Shown here in pieces: positions 19,488 to 30,225 of a stretch of 64,000 nucleotides of DNA. Source of the DNA: an uncultured delta proteobacterium (GTDB lineage Bacteria; Desulfobacterota; RBG-13-43-22); the NCBI GenBank assembly GCA_963790475.1, contig CAWBOS010000015.1:96001-160000 (forward strand), written 5' to 3'. Below the pieces are notes generated by a model, which was not told the origin of the DNA, searched no databases, and was given only the letters and a program-made list of their open reading frames with translations. Position 1 is the first letter of the stretch; each line of letters begins with the position of its first letter. Position numbers and translations under genes: made by a program.

Positions 19488-20915
19488 ATGAGGAAATTTT
19501 TGATAATTTATCGACAGGTTTTGTTTTCGTTAATGATTTCAGCCCTTATTTTAATCTTTGGATCCGGCATCTCACAGGCTAAAACAGTCAATGAAAAGAT
19601 TCTGGATATTCTCTTAGAAAGCAAAATCGTTACTCCCGAAAAATACCAGGAGCTCAAGAAGCAGGTCGAGGCGGAAGAGGCTGAGGTTGCCAAAATAAAA
19701 GCCGAGGCCGAGAAGAAGGCTACCGAAGGGGCCAAGATCGATTTTAAACGAGGATTTTCCATCGAATCAGCGGATGGAGAAAATAAGCTTCGTGTGTCGG
19801 GGAGACTGCATGCCGATTATAAGCTATATTTAAACAATAACCCGAGCAACGATTCTTTCTACATTCGTCGGGCCAGACTGGACTTGATGGGGACCCTTGC
19901 TAAACATTACGATTTCTCAGTTGAACCGGAATTCGGCCAGGGCAGCGCCAAGCTGAATGATGCCTTTATGAACATCCATTATATCCCTTATGCCCAGTTG
20001 ATGTTCGGCCAGTTCAAGGTCCCTTTCCTGATGGAAGAACTCCACGCGGATAACTGGATTGATTTCATCGAACGATCCTTAGCCGACAATTTCGCACCCT
20101 CCCGGGATATCGGCCTGATGATCCACGGGAACATAGCCAAGGATCTGGTCTACTATCAAGTGGGTGTCTTTAACGGCCTCAAGCTCAATGTGACTGGTGA
20201 TGTAGATGATCAGAAGGATGTGGCCGGCCGAATCACCGTAGCCCCCTTCGCCCGTCTCGAAAATCCTTTCCTGAAGGATTTTCATATTGGCGGAGCCTTC
20301 ACCACCGGCGTTCAACATACCACCAAACCCAGCACGGACTGGTGGAAAAACGGCTTTAAAACTGCCGGCGGAGCCGGGACCACCTTTTTGCAATTCCAGG
20401 ATACGGTCACCGAGGCTGGAACCCGGACCCGTCTGGGGGCAGAGATGGCCTGGTTGGTCGGACCTGTGTCCCTCAAGTCGGAATATGTGAACCTCCAGCT
20501 AAACGACCTGCGCAACGGCAGCAAAAGCGGAAGCTTCGGTGGTAATGCGGGTTATGTGTCCTTGGGCTGGTTTTTAACCGGAGAGCATGAACCCTGGAGA
20601 AACGGCCTCCCCCAGGCCGTCACCCCCAAACATCCCTTTGTCTTCGGCAAAGGCGGGACCGGCGCCTTTTGGATCGGGGGCCGCTATGAATGGTTGGATA
20701 TGGATAAGGGTCTGCTGACCAACGGTTTCGTGGATGCCACTAAATTTACCAATAGGGCCAGCGGATACAATTTCGGTCTGAACTGGTATCCCAACGAGAT
20801 CGTTCGCTTCATGGTCAATTATACCCACACCAATTTCGATCAGAAAATCAATGTGAGCGGGATAAACATGGATTACGAAGATTTCATGCAGGTCCGATTC
20901 CAGATTGTTTGGTAA
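19488..20915 (+). CDS. OprO/OprP-family anion-selective porin
   Basis: GAGGAGG RBS, signal peptide, RRARL, GQFKVPF..E, PSRDIG, GLNWY, C-terminal RFQIVW. Confidence 0.85.
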   Translation: MRKFLIIYRQVLFSLMISALILIFGSGISQAKTVNEKILDILLESKIVTPEKYQELKKQVEAEEAEVAKIKAEAEKKATEGAKIDFKRGFSIESADGENKLRVSGRLHADYKLYLNNNPSNDSFYIRRARLDLMGTLAKHYDFSVEPEFGQGSAKLNDAFMNIHYIPYAQLMFGQFKVPFLMEELHADNWIDFIERSLADNFAPSRDIGLMIHGNIAKDLVYYQVGVFNGLKLNVTGDVDDQKDVAGRITVAPFARLENPFLKDFHIGGAFTTGVQHTTKPSTDWWKNGFKTAGGAGTTFLQFQDTVTEAGTRTRLGAEMAWLVGPVSLKSEYVNLQLNDLRNGSKSGSFGGNAGYVSLGWFLTGEHEPWRNGLPQAVTPKHPFVFGKGGTGAFWIGGRYEWLDMDKGLLTNGFVDATKFTNRASGYNFGLNWYPNEIVRFMVNYTHTNFDQKINVSGINMDYEDFMQVRFQIVW

Positions 20916-21042
20916 TTTTAGAATTCGTGTCCGTTTAATCTGATAAGAATATTAAAAGAAAACTTTGGAGATTCTCTGCCGTCCGCAAAGGTGGGCAGGG
21001 AATCTCCAAAGGGATTATCGAACGAGGAATGGAATGATAGGC

Positions 21043-21897
21043 ATGAAAAAACTTCTTACCCGTAATTTGGTGGTTCTGTTATTTATGATTCCATGTCTGA
21101 CATTTGCGGCCGAAAAAAGTCCTTTTGTTTTCATGGCCAGCACTATCGGCCCCATCGGTGCCGGGATCGTAACGGTTCTCGAGGATAAATTCGAAAAGGA
21201 AACCGGCATCTGGGTTCGCCATGTCGGGGCGGGAACCGGGGCGGCCTTGAAGATCGGCCAACAGGGAAATGTCGATTTAGTCATGGTCCATGCCAGGTCT
21301 CTCGAAGAAAGATTTATTAAGGACGGATATGGGACAAAACGCATCCCCTTTATGTACAATGACTTTGTCATCCTCGGACCGGCCGCCGACCCGGCCGAGA
21401 TCAAGGGTCTGAAAAGCGCTGGGGAGGCCCTTAGAATGATCGCCGCCCAAGGCCTGCCATTCATTAGCCGCGGGGACAGATCAGGGACCCATCTGGCCGA
21501 GATGGAACTCTGGGAGAAAACCGGCCTTAAACCGGGTGGCCCCTGGTATAAGATTTACGAGAAAGGGAGCGAAGGTAACGCAGCGACACTCAAATACACC
21601 GATCAGCAGGGCGCCTATACCTTCATCGACCGGGCCACTTTCCTCTCCCTCCAGAAGAGTATCAAACTGGTGATCCTGGTGGAAAAAGACGAAGCCCTCT
21701 TGAATTTCATTTCCCTTATTCCGGTAAATCCGGCCAGGTTTCCCAAAGTGCATTACCAGGAGGCTTTGGCCTTTGTCTCCTGGCTGACGGCTCCGGATAA
21801 GGGGCAGTTGATCGTGCGTGATTTCGGAAAAGACAAGTACGGAAGCCCCCTGTTCTTTCCCGATTCACAGGAATGGAAAGCCACCCAGAACAGGTAA
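21043..21897 (+). CDS. TupA-like oxyanion-binding protein (divergent paralogue)
   Basis: GTGAAL, DLVMVHA, MYNDFVILGP, FISRGDRSGTH, DRAT shared with TupA. The TTTS motif is replaced by STIG. Confidence 0.85.
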   Translation: MKKLLTRNLVVLLFMIPCLTFAAEKSPFVFMASTIGPIGAGIVTVLEDKFEKETGIWVRHVGAGTGAALKIGQQGNVDLVMVHARSLEERFIKDGYGTKRIPFMYNDFVILGPAADPAEIKGLKSAGEALRMIAAQGLPFISRGDRSGTHLAEMELWEKTGLKPGGPWYKIYEKGSEGNAATLKYTDQQGAYTFIDRATFLSLQKSIKLVILVEKDEALLNFISLIPVNPARFPKVHYQEALAFVSWLTAPDKGQLIVRDFGKDKYGSPLFFPDSQEWKATQNR

Positions 21898-21957
21898 TTA
21901 TTGATACAAAAACTATTGATAGCCGAATGGTCTTCCATCGGATCAAAAGGAGAAAAA

Positions 21958-22824
21958 ATGAAAAATATTTTTCTTAAATTCAGTTTAAGGATTACCCTTA
22001 TATTTTTATTGCCGGCATTTTTTCTATCTTCTTCCCTGGCGGCGGAGAAGATGGAAAAGAATATTATCCTGGCCACCACCACCAGCACCCAGGACTCGGG
22101 TCTTCTCGATGTCCTGATCCCGGTTTTTGAAAAGGATACCGGCTATTTCGTCAAAACGATCTCCGTCGGCTCCGGTCAGGCCATGAAGATGGGGGAAAAG
22201 GGGGAGGCCGATGTCCTCCTGGTCCACTCCCCGGAGGCGGAACAGGCCTTTATGGCCCAAGGATTCGGGATCAACCGGATGCTGGTCATGCATAATGACT
22301 TCATTATCGTCGGCCCCCCGGCCGATCCGGCCAAAATCAAAGGCATGAAATCGACCAAGGATGCCTTGAAGCTGATTGCCCAAGCCGGAGCCTTGTTCCT
22401 GTCCCGGGGCGATAATTCCGGAACCCATGCCAAGGAAAAGGGCCTCTGGAAGGCGGCCGGGATTGTTCCGGAGGGCCAGAAATGGTATCAGCAGACCGGA
22501 CTGGGGATGGGTCAAACCCTGAACGTAGCGGCTGAAAAGAAAGGCTATACTCTGACCGACCGGGCCACCTACCTGGCTCTGAAGAAAAACCTGGGTTTGG
22601 AAATCCTGATAGAAGGGGAACCGCTCTTGCTGAATATTTATCATGTCATAGAATTGAACCCCGCTAAATCGCCTAAAATTAACGTGACCGGAGGAAAGGC
22701 CTTTGCCCAGTTCATGGTCTCCAAGAAAACGCAGGAGATCATTTCCAAGTTCGGCGTTGACAAATATGGTTCCCCTTTATTCTTCCCTGATGCCGGCAAG
22801 AAACCGGAATCACTTGGTCTGTAA
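21958..22824 (+). CDS. tupA: Tungstate ABC transporter substrate-binding protein
   Basis: ATTTSTQDSGLL, MHNDFIIVGP, SRGDNSGTH, GLGMGQTL, DRATY. Confidence 0.93.
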   Translation: MKNIFLKFSLRITLIFLLPAFFLSSSLAAEKMEKNIILATTTSTQDSGLLDVLIPVFEKDTGYFVKTISVGSGQAMKMGEKGEADVLLVHSPEAEQAFMAQGFGINRMLVMHNDFIIVGPPADPAKIKGMKSTKDALKLIAQAGALFLSRGDNSGTHAKEKGLWKAAGIVPEGQKWYQQTGLGMGQTLNVAAEKKGYTLTDRATYLALKKNLGLEILIEGEPLLLNIYHVIELNPAKSPKINVTGGKAFAQFMVSKKTQEIISKFGVDKYGSPLFFPDAGKKPESLGL

Positions 22825-23522
22825 TGGAACTGATTCTTGACGGGATACTCAAGGCCTTTCAACTCCTGTTCACCTTCAATCCGGAGGTGATGGGGATCAC
22901 CTGGCTCTCGCTTGAGGTTTCCGGAGCGGCCACGTCCATCAGTGTCCTCTTCGGCATCTCGATAGGGGCGGTTGTGGCCTTGAATCATTTCCCAGGGAAA
23001 AGGTTCTTGGTCAGTGTAGTCAACACGGGCATGGGCCTGCCCCCGGTAGTGGTCGGGCTCTTTGTGATGATCTTCCTCTGGCGCAATGGTCCTTTGGGTT
23101 TCCTGGGGATCCTTTATACCCCGGCGGCGATGATCATTGCCCAGGCGACCATCGCCTCGCCGATCGTTATGGGCCTGACCATCGCCGCCATTCAAAACCT
23201 TCCCCCAAAACTGCGACTTCAGATCCTTTCCCTCGGGGCCACACGGCTACAGATGGTCTGGTTTCTCCTGCGGGAAGCGCGACTTCCCCTCCTGGCGGCC
23301 ATCATGGCCGGGTTCGGCGGGGTCATTTCCGAAGTCGGGGCTTCCATCATGGTCGGTGGCAATATCAAAGGATATTCCCGGGTCCTGACCACGGCAACGG
23401 TCATGGAATCCGGTATGGGGAATTTTGATATGGCCATCGCCTTGGGGATCATCCTCCTCCTGCTCACCTTTCTGGTGAACTACCTCCTTACCGTTATTCA
23501 ACAGCGGGAAAGGCCCCGATGA
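22824..23522 (+). CDS. tupB: Tungstate ABC transporter permease
   Basis: NTGMGLPPVVVGL, GFGGVISEVGASIMVGGNIKGYSRVLTTA. Confidence 0.93.
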   Translation: MELILDGILKAFQLLFTFNPEVMGITWLSLEVSGAATSISVLFGISIGAVVALNHFPGKRFLVSVVNTGMGLPPVVVGLFVMIFLWRNGPLGFLGILYTPAAMIIAQATIASPIVMGLTIAAIQNLPPKLRLQILSLGATRLQMVWFLLREARLPLLAAIMAGFGGVISEVGASIMVGGNIKGYSRVLTTATVMESGMGNFDMAIALGIILLLLTFLVNYLLTVIQQRERPR

Positions 23523-24616
23523 ATCAGTCTCCCCAAGTTATTGAAGCGGATAATCTCCGGGTGATTCGGGGGCGGGTAGAGGTCCTCGACATCCCATCTT
23601 TTAGGCTGGCCGAGCGGGAGATCCTTTCCCTGATCGGACCCAACGGGAGCGGTAAATCCTCTCTCCTGCTGACCCTCAACGGGCTGCTGAAACCGATCTC
23701 CGGCCGGATTCTCTTTCGGGGCCGAGAAATCGGTCCTGACCAGGAAGTATTGGATTACCGGCGCAGGATCGCCCTGGTTTTTCAGGAACCCCTATTGTTC
23801 GATACCACGGTTTTCAACAATGTTGCTTCAGGTCTGAAATTCAGAGGGATGCCCCGGGAGGAAATCCGAACCAGGGTCATGGAAGGACTGGAACGGTTCA
23901 GCATTGCCCATCTGGCCGGCCGCTCGGCCCGCAAATTATCCGGAGGGGAAGCCCAACGCACCTCCCTGGCCCGGGCCCTGGCCACCGGTCCGGAAGTCCT
24001 ATTCCTCGATGAGCCTTTCGCCGCCCTGGACCCCCCGACCAGGCAGTCCATCATACAGGACATGGAAAAAATAATCCGCGAGACCGGGACTGCCGTCGTG
24101 CTCGTCACTCATGACGAATCCGAGGCCTTGAGACTGTCTGACCGGATCATGGTGCTCAATGGAGGAAGGATTGTTCAGTCCGGTTCTCCGGACGAAATCA
24201 TGAATCGCCCGGTCAACCGGTTTGTAGCGGAATTTGTGGGAATGGAAAGTATCATACCGGGAACGGTTCTGAAAAACAGAGAGGGGGCCGTCTTTATCTC
24301 GGTTAACGGGGGCGACATAGAGGCCTTTGGAGATCTGCCGCCAGGGGAAAAAGTGTATTGTGGGATCCGACCGGAAAACGTGGACATTGATCTCGACGAT
24401 ATTAAGGAATTAAAAAATTACGAGAATGTTTTCCTGGGAAAAATCACCGGGATCATCTCCATCGGTCCGTTTCTTAAAATTACCCTGGACTGCGGTTTTC
24501 CCCTGGTTGCTTACCTGCCACAGAGAACATTTCCCGGTTTAAAACTGACCATTGGAAGACAAGTCGCGGCCTCATTCAAGGCGGCTGCCGTTCATCTTAT
24601 TTCCGACCAGACCTGA
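23519..24616 (+). CDS. tupC: Tungstate ABC transporter ATPase with TOBE domain
   Basis: [25 protein letters not shown]-terminal ASFKAAAVHL. Confidence 0.88.
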   Translation: MNQSPQVIEADNLRVIRGRVEVLDIPSFRLAEREILSLIGPNGSGKSSLLLTLNGLLKPISGRILFRGREIGPDQEVLDYRRRIALVFQEPLLFDTTVFNNVASGLKFRGMPREEIRTRVMEGLERFSIAHLAGRSARKLSGGEAQRTSLARALATGPEVLFLDEPFAALDPPTRQSIIQDMEKIIRETGTAVVLVTHDESEALRLSDRIMVLNGGRIVQSGSPDEIMNRPVNRFVAEFVGMESIIPGTVLKNREGAVFISVNGGDIEAFGDLPPGEKVYCGIRPENVDIDLDDIKELKNYENVFLGKITGIISIGPFLKITLDCGFPLVAYLPQRTFPGLKLTIGRQVAASFKAAAVHLISDQT

Positions 24617-24745
24617 GCTTTAGATAAAATATTCTATTGTACAGATTCTTTACCAAAAGCCCCAATCGCGGTAAGCTGCCTCCCTTTTATCTTCAAAATC
24701 AATCCTGCCGGACCCAACCGGACCAGGGCGAAATGGCGGGTGAGC

Positions 24746-25798
24746 CTATTCACTTGGTGGCAACAGCGGGACTTTGAGGGCGTCGTCAGGTATTCGTCCG
24801 GTCAAGGATTTTAAGAAAAAAACAATATCTTCCACCTGTTGGTTTGCGAGATTTTTTGCCAGCTGAACTTTGCCCATAATCCAGACGGCGTCAGGCAAAC
24901 GATCGACAGAGCCGTCATGAAAATAGGGGGACGTCATTTCAACGTTTCTTAACACAGGGACTTTAAACACATACTTGTCGCTTTCATTTTTGGTAACCAT
25001 ATATCTTCCATCGTCAACATCTTTGCTTTTGGTATACTGCCAGTAGGGTTCAAATATACCAAACTTCCGGTACATCTTGTCGCCCACATAGACGCTTGAA
25101 TGGCAGGTGATACAGCCTGTTTCGATGAACGTTCTAAGCCCCCTTTTTTGAGGGGCGGTGAGTGCGGTCTGATTCCCCTTTACAAATACGTCGAAAGGAG
25201 AAGGAGTGACTAGTGTTCTTTCAAAGGCACCCACTGCCTTGGCGTAATTATCAACGTTCACCGGATCCTTTGCTCCCGGGAAGGCCTTCTCGAATAAGCG
25301 GGCATATCCTTTTATTTCCTTGAGTTTCTTCTCCACGGCCTCATAAGACGGCATACCGAAAGAGGGCTCCCCGATCACCGCCTGTTTGGCCTGGTCTTCC
25401 ACGTCCATACGATTTCCTATCCAATGCTCTGAAATCTGGTCTGCCGCATTGAAAACGGTAGGAGCGTTCCTGGGATTTAGCCGGCAATTAGCTCCGATAG
25501 ACTTCTTTAACCCGTCAGCCGCATACAAACCGATAGGATGGCAACTCGCACAGCTGACTTTTCCGTTCAGGGAGATCCGGGTTTCATAAAAAAGTATTTT
25601 TCCGAGAGTAACCTTTTCAGGGGTAATAGGATTTTTCTCCGATATCATTGCCTTTGGCAAAGGGCCGAAAATTTGTTTGGCCTGGGTTAGCAAGGCTTCA
25701 TTTCTATTACCGGCTAATGCCAGTCCGGTAAAGGATAAAACTGAGAGAATAAAAAGGACTTTGATGCTCACTTCACTTCTTCCCTTGATCCCAGCCAT
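24746..25798 (-). CDS. Di-heme cytochrome c peroxidase
   Basis: Two heme motifs CASCH and CITCH, LGKILFYE.RIS, FKVPVLRNV..TSPYFHDGS, signal peptide. Confidence 0.93.
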   Translation of the reverse strand: MAGIKGRSEVSIKVLFILSVLSFTGLALAGNRNEALLTQAKQIFGPLPKAMISEKNPITPEKVTLGKILFYETRISLNGKVSCASCHPIGLYAADGLKKSIGANCRLNPRNAPTVFNAADQISEHWIGNRMDVEDQAKQAVIGEPSFGMPSYEAVEKKLKEIKGYARLFEKAFPGAKDPVNVDNYAKAVGAFERTLVTPSPFDVFVKGNQTALTAPQKRGLRTFIETGCITCHSSVYVGDKMYRKFGIFEPYWQYTKSKDVDDGRYMVTKNESDKYVFKVPVLRNVEMTSPYFHDGSVDRLPDAVWIMGKVQLAKNLANQQVEDIVFFLKSLTGRIPDDALKVPLLPPSE

Positions 25799-26149
25799 GG
25801 CAACCTCCTTCCTTGTAACAGAGTATTATCAAAAGTTTTTAAAGTCCTTTATCTAATTAAATTACCAGCAGTCCTTTAGAAGTTTAATAGGGTAACCATT
25901 GTATTTTATTGCTCCATAGGCCGTATTTTTATTGCCAGTCTGGCTCAAGACTCCAAGAGGCTTCGACACGATATTGTATAGGCGGAATCCCTGCCAAAAA
26001 CTAAAGCCCTCGAACTTCCCATAGACCACTCGGACTCCCGGAGAACTTTCCTATGGGGAAGCCTTGTTCGCGATCCAGGTCTATCTGTGGTATAATAAGA
26101 AAAATAAAAATTTCCCCTTTCAGCCGGAACCTCTTTTGCGGGAGGCCTT

Positions 26150-27895
26150 ATGAAAAACCAGTCAATCGCCCAAATATTTAATGAAATGGCCGAGCTTCTT
26201 GACCTCAAGGGAGAGAACGTCTTCCGGGTAAGGGCCTACCGCCGGGCGGCCCAAAATATCGACGGTCTTTCCAAGGATGTAGCCGCCTTTACCCGGGAGG
26301 ATTTGGAATCGATACCCGGAATAGGCAAAGACCTGGCCGGTAAGATTCAGGAATATCTGGACACCGGGAAGATTACCCAGCACGAAGAGCTGAAAAAACA
26401 GATTCCCCACGGAGTTCTTGAGCTGCTTCGCATCCCCGGGTTGGGGCCGAAGACGTCGATGATGCTCTATGAAGAAAAAAAGATTAAGAACATTGACGAA
26501 TTGGAAGCCCTTACCCGCGCCGGGCGATTGGCCGGCCTGCCGGGCATTCAAAAAAAAACCGAAGAGAATATTTTGAAAGGCATCGAGCAGATCAAGCACG
26601 GAACGGAACGACGGCCCCTGGGCAGGGTTTTGCCTTTAGCCGAGGACATCGTCGACCGAGTCAGGGGAAAAGCACCGGTGGACCGGATCATAGTGGCCGG
26701 GAGCATCAGGCGGCGGAAGGAAACCGTCAATGACATCGACATCCTGGCCACCTCGAAAAAGCCCGAAAAGGTCATGGAGTTCTTTGTCAAACTCCCTCAA
26801 GTAGCTCGGGTCCTGATGCACGGGCCAACTAAATCCTCCGTCATAATTGACGAAGGAATACAGGTGGACCTGAGGATTGTGGAGGAGGCCTCCTATGGTG
26901 CGGCCCTCCAGTACTTCACCGGAAGTAAACAGCACAACATCAAACTGCGCGAGATGGCCGTCCGGGCGGGACTCAAGATTAATGAGTACGGAGTGTTTCA
27001 GGAGCCCGGGGACAAAAAGATCGGCGGGAAAAGGGAAGAGGATGTCTACCGGGCGCTCAAAATGCCTCTCATCCCGGCCGAACTTCGGGAAGACACCGGA
27101 GAGATCGAAGCGGCCCTGGAGGGAAAACTTCCCGACCTGGTGTCGATCGAAGACATCAAAGGAGACCTCCACGTTCACACCAAGTGGTCCGACGGAAGCC
27201 ACACCCTGGAGGCCATTATCCAGGGTGCCCGGGAAAAAGGCTACCAATACATCGCCGTCACCGATCATACCAAAGGGCTGGGTGTGGCCCACGGTCTGGA
27301 TCAAACAAGGCTGGCCGAGGAGATCAGGGCCATCGACGAAGCCAATAAGAAATTAAGCGGCTTTAAAATACTAAAGGGAACGGAGGTGGACATCAGGTCT
27401 GACGGCAGTCTCGATTTGTCCGATGAAGCCCTGTCCGGGCTGGATATCGTGGTGGCCTCCATCCACTCGGGTTTCAAGCAATCCCGGGAACAAATTACCG
27501 GGCGGGTGCTGTCAGCCATCCGCAATCCCTGCGTGAGCATCATCGCCCATCCCACCGGCCGACTGATCGGCGAGCGCGACGCCTATGCCATCGACCTGGA
27601 AGCGGTGCTTAAAGAAGCGGCCCGTTACGGAGTGGCCATGGAGATCAACGCCTATCCTCTCCGGCTTGACCTGAACGACCTGCACCTGAAAATGGCCAAG
27701 GGCTACGGCGTATCTTTGGCCATCAACACCGATACCCATGTACTCGATCAATACAATTTTATGACCTATGGGGTGTCCGTGGCCCGAAGAGGATGGGTGG
27801 AGAAAAAAGACGTCCTCAACGCCCTGGATGTTGATTCACTCATCAGGAGGCTCAAATCGTGCCGGACCGGAAAGGCCAGACAGGGCAAACGATAG
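26150..27895 (+). CDS. polX: DNA polymerase X with PHP domain
   Basis: [42 protein letters not shown]. Confidence 0.95.
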   Translation: MKNQSIAQIFNEMAELLDLKGENVFRVRAYRRAAQNIDGLSKDVAAFTREDLESIPGIGKDLAGKIQEYLDTGKITQHEELKKQIPHGVLELLRIPGLGPKTSMMLYEEKKIKNIDELEALTRAGRLAGLPGIQKKTEENILKGIEQIKHGTERRPLGRVLPLAEDIVDRVRGKAPVDRIIVAGSIRRRKETVNDIDILATSKKPEKVMEFFVKLPQVARVLMHGPTKSSVIIDEGIQVDLRIVEEASYGAALQYFTGSKQHNIKLREMAVRAGLKINEYGVFQEPGDKKIGGKREEDVYRALKMPLIPAELREDTGEIEAALEGKLPDLVSIEDIKGDLHVHTKWSDGSHTLEAIIQGAREKGYQYIAVTDHTKGLGVAHGLDQTRLAEEIRAIDEANKKLSGFKILKGTEVDIRSDGSLDLSDEALSGLDIVVASIHSGFKQSREQITGRVLSAIRNPCVSIIAHPTGRLIGERDAYAIDLEAVLKEAARYGVAMEINAYPLRLDLNDLHLKMAKGYGVSLAINTDTHVLDQYNFMTYGVSVARRGWVEKKDVLNALDVDSLIRRLKSCRTGKARQGKR

Positions 27896-27914
27896 GTGGT
27901 TTCCGGGCTTGCGG

Positions 27915-28562
27915 TTAAGTCCTGAAAAGACGACGCTCCTTCTCTCTGATGAGTTCCATCAATTCCCGGGCATTCTTGGGGGCATAGCCGTAAGCGTCGT
28001 TATTGAAATACATAAAGACCTCCTTGCCGTCCCGGATATAACCCCTTATCCGCCGGGTATCTTTTCTTAAAGCCTTCAGGGAATAGTCCGCGGCATAACT
28101 TCCCCCTGCCCCATGGCGTCTGAGATAGACAAAGTCAGAGGTGACCGGCAAGTCATCGATAAAATCCGGCCAATCGGCCATACAAAGGTTTATATTATGT
28201 CCTTGACAGAGGGTAATAACCTCGGCCCTTATCCAGCTTTCGTGACGAAATTCGAGGGTATTTCTGACTGGATATTTTTCAAAAAACCGCTCAAGAGGTT
28301 CTTCCACTTCCGTCAGTCTTTTGATATGGGTGATATACCGGCTCCCCTTGAGAGAAAAGGCAAATCCCGGGGGTGTCTGATCACCCCATTTGATAAAGGT
28401 ACTTAACAGAGGCAGCCGATAAAAGGTCACATTCAATTCCACGGTGGAGAAGATGGTGCTGTAGTATTCTAACCATCTCCGCTGGGGTAAATCGCGGGGA
28501 TAAAAGTTTTCCTTCCAATCTCGGTAGCTAAAGCCGCTGCAGCCGATCCATGGTTGGGCCAT
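27915..28562 (-). CDS. DUF72 family protein (appears internally shortened)
   Basis: IGCSGFSY.DW, TVELNVTFY, EFRHESW, YLRRHG, YFNND. The usual L.QLPP segment is absent. Confidence 0.85.
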   Translation of the reverse strand: MAQPWIGCSGFSYRDWKENFYPRDLPQRRWLEYYSTIFSTVELNVTFYRLPLLSTFIKWGDQTPPGFAFSLKGSRYITHIKRLTEVEEPLERFFEKYPVRNTLEFRHESWIRAEVITLCQGHNINLCMADWPDFIDDLPVTSDFVYLRRHGAGGSYAADYSLKALRKDTRRIRGYIRDGKEVFMYFNNDAYGYAPKNARELMELIREKERRLFRT

Positions 28563-28910
28563 GAATGAATTGTATCATATCGTTAAAAATTCTCATCAAG
28601 AAATTCCTTGCCCCAGACACAAAATTAAGGCCTGGCGGATCTTATTCCTTGTGCCCATAGCGGCCGAACCCCGAATAGAGACATCTCCTCCCTCCTGCTT
28701 ACTCCGGTCAACCTAAAAAAATTTCCTCTTTTTATCCTGTTTTCTCTTGACCCCTCTTGACCCCCCATTTATACTTTTTATATTTCGGCCCTGAGCAGCG
28801 CCTGGCAGCATGAAAATATTTACAGTGAACTCCGAACTTTATTCTAGTGTTGAGATCTTTTCTTTACCAATGAACTTCGATCCCCTTTATACATCAGTTT
28901 CCACCAGGCC

Positions 28911-30002
28911 ATGAAACTCGACACCAAAGTTCTGGTAGTCGGCGGCGGGCCGGCAGGAGCCACGGCGGGCCGGTTGCTCGCTGGAAGCGGAAAGGAAATT
29001 ATCCTTCTGGAGGGAAATCTCTCCTATGACAAACCTTGCGGTGGAGGAATTCCTCTCAACATCTTCGACGAATTTAACCTCTCCAAGACTTCAATAAAAA
29101 GGGAAGTCCACGGCCTCCGAATCGTATCTCCCCGGGGGAATAGGGTTGAGATTAATCTGAAGGATCATAGCCTGGCCATTGTCGAGCGGAGGGAATTTGA
29201 TAAAGCCCTCCGCCAAGGGGCGGAGGCCCAAGGTGCCAGGATCATCGAAGGGAAATTTCTCCGGGTTGTGGATGATAAGAAATGCAGGGTTGAAGCTCTT
29301 ATCGGTAAAGAAAAGGTTGAAATCGTTTCCGAATATATCATTGCCGCCGATGGTGTGAATTCCAGAGTCAGGACCTCCCTGGGAATCAAACCTCTTTCGA
29401 CTCTGCTGACCATCTCGGAAAGGGTTCCCGGTCCGGACCTTGATTATTGTGAATTCTGGTTTGGTTCTTCCCGGTCGCCTTATTCCTATTCCTGGGTGTT
29501 TCCGGCCGGGAACGGTCTTTCCATCGGAACGGGTGTTTTTGAACCGAAAAAAATCAATGGCCTGTTTCAACAATTCAAGGTGCGGGCCGGCCTGGTTTCT
29601 CAGGGGAAAAGGAAAGTATATCCGATCCCGGCCTGGGAAGGAGAGCTCTACAACAAAAACAGGATCCTTTTTGCCGGAGATTCGGCCGGACAGGTATTGC
29701 CCCTCTCTTATGAAGGCATTTATTATGCCCTGAAGGCCGGAGAAATGGCCGCCAGGGCGATTCTGGAAGAAAAAGTTGGAAATTATAAAAAAATGTGGAA
29801 AAGCCGTTTTCAAAAAAGATTTATTCTTATGAATAAACTTAATACCTATTTTTTAAAAGACGATAACCACGCTGAAAAACTAATTGCTTTGCATAGAAGA
29901 CCGGAAGTGCAGGAGGCCTCCTTGTTGCTTTGGCTCAGGAAGGACAAAAGCAGACAAAGCCTTATGCACTATCTGAAACTCTTTGGAAAGTTTTTACACT
30001 AG
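28911..30002 (+). CDS. Geranylgeranyl reductase family FAD-dependent oxidoreductase
   Basis: VVGGGPAG, KPCGGG, AADGVNS, YSWVFP, GDSAG..EGIYYA. Confidence 0.88.
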   Translation: MKLDTKVLVVGGGPAGATAGRLLAGSGKEIILLEGNLSYDKPCGGGIPLNIFDEFNLSKTSIKREVHGLRIVSPRGNRVEINLKDHSLAIVERREFDKALRQGAEAQGARIIEGKFLRVVDDKKCRVEALIGKEKVEIVSEYIIAADGVNSRVRTSLGIKPLSTLLTISERVPGPDLDYCEFWFGSSRSPYSYSWVFPAGNGLSIGTGVFEPKKINGLFQQFKVRAGLVSQGKRKVYPIPAWEGELYNKNRILFAGDSAGQVLPLSYEGIYYALKAGEMAARAILEEKVGNYKKMWKSRFQKRFILMNKLNTYFLKDDNHAEKLIALHRRPEVQEASLLLWLRKDKSRQSLMHYLKLFGKFLH

Positions 30003-30068
30003 GGGTGATTGGGAAGGGGCGGGAAAAAACAATAAAAGGTAAAGGCAGGTGCGGATAGGGAAGATGCT

Positions 30069-30221
30069 GAGACCTTTGCAAAATGTTCAATTTTGTCCAA
30101 GGTCGAGAAAGACGATCCCGCCCTGGCGGGATTAACCACAGTAATACATTTAGTATTTCGAGGATTAAAATTTGAGTCTGACGCAGAGATTGGCCAAAAG
30201 GGGGCGTTTTTCAAAGGTCTC
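30069..30221. mobile_element. ~150-bp MITE-like element, copy 1
   Basis: Terminal inverted repeats GAGACCTTTGCAAAA ... TTTTTCAAAGGTCTC. Non-coding. Diverged reverse-orientation copy at ~47055-47196. Confidence 0.75.
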
Positions 30222-30225
30222 AGGG

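Noticed and set aside
21915-21960. Moco/Wco riboswitch upstream of tupA (CTTCC...AAAGGAG)
   Set aside because: Only the RBS-like end resembles the motif. The spacer is too short and the other conserved elements are absent.
26150-28562. PolX and DUF72 as an NHEJ or defence locus
   Set aside because: The genes are convergent, Ku and LigD are absent, and PolX-PHP is a common stand-alone repair gene.
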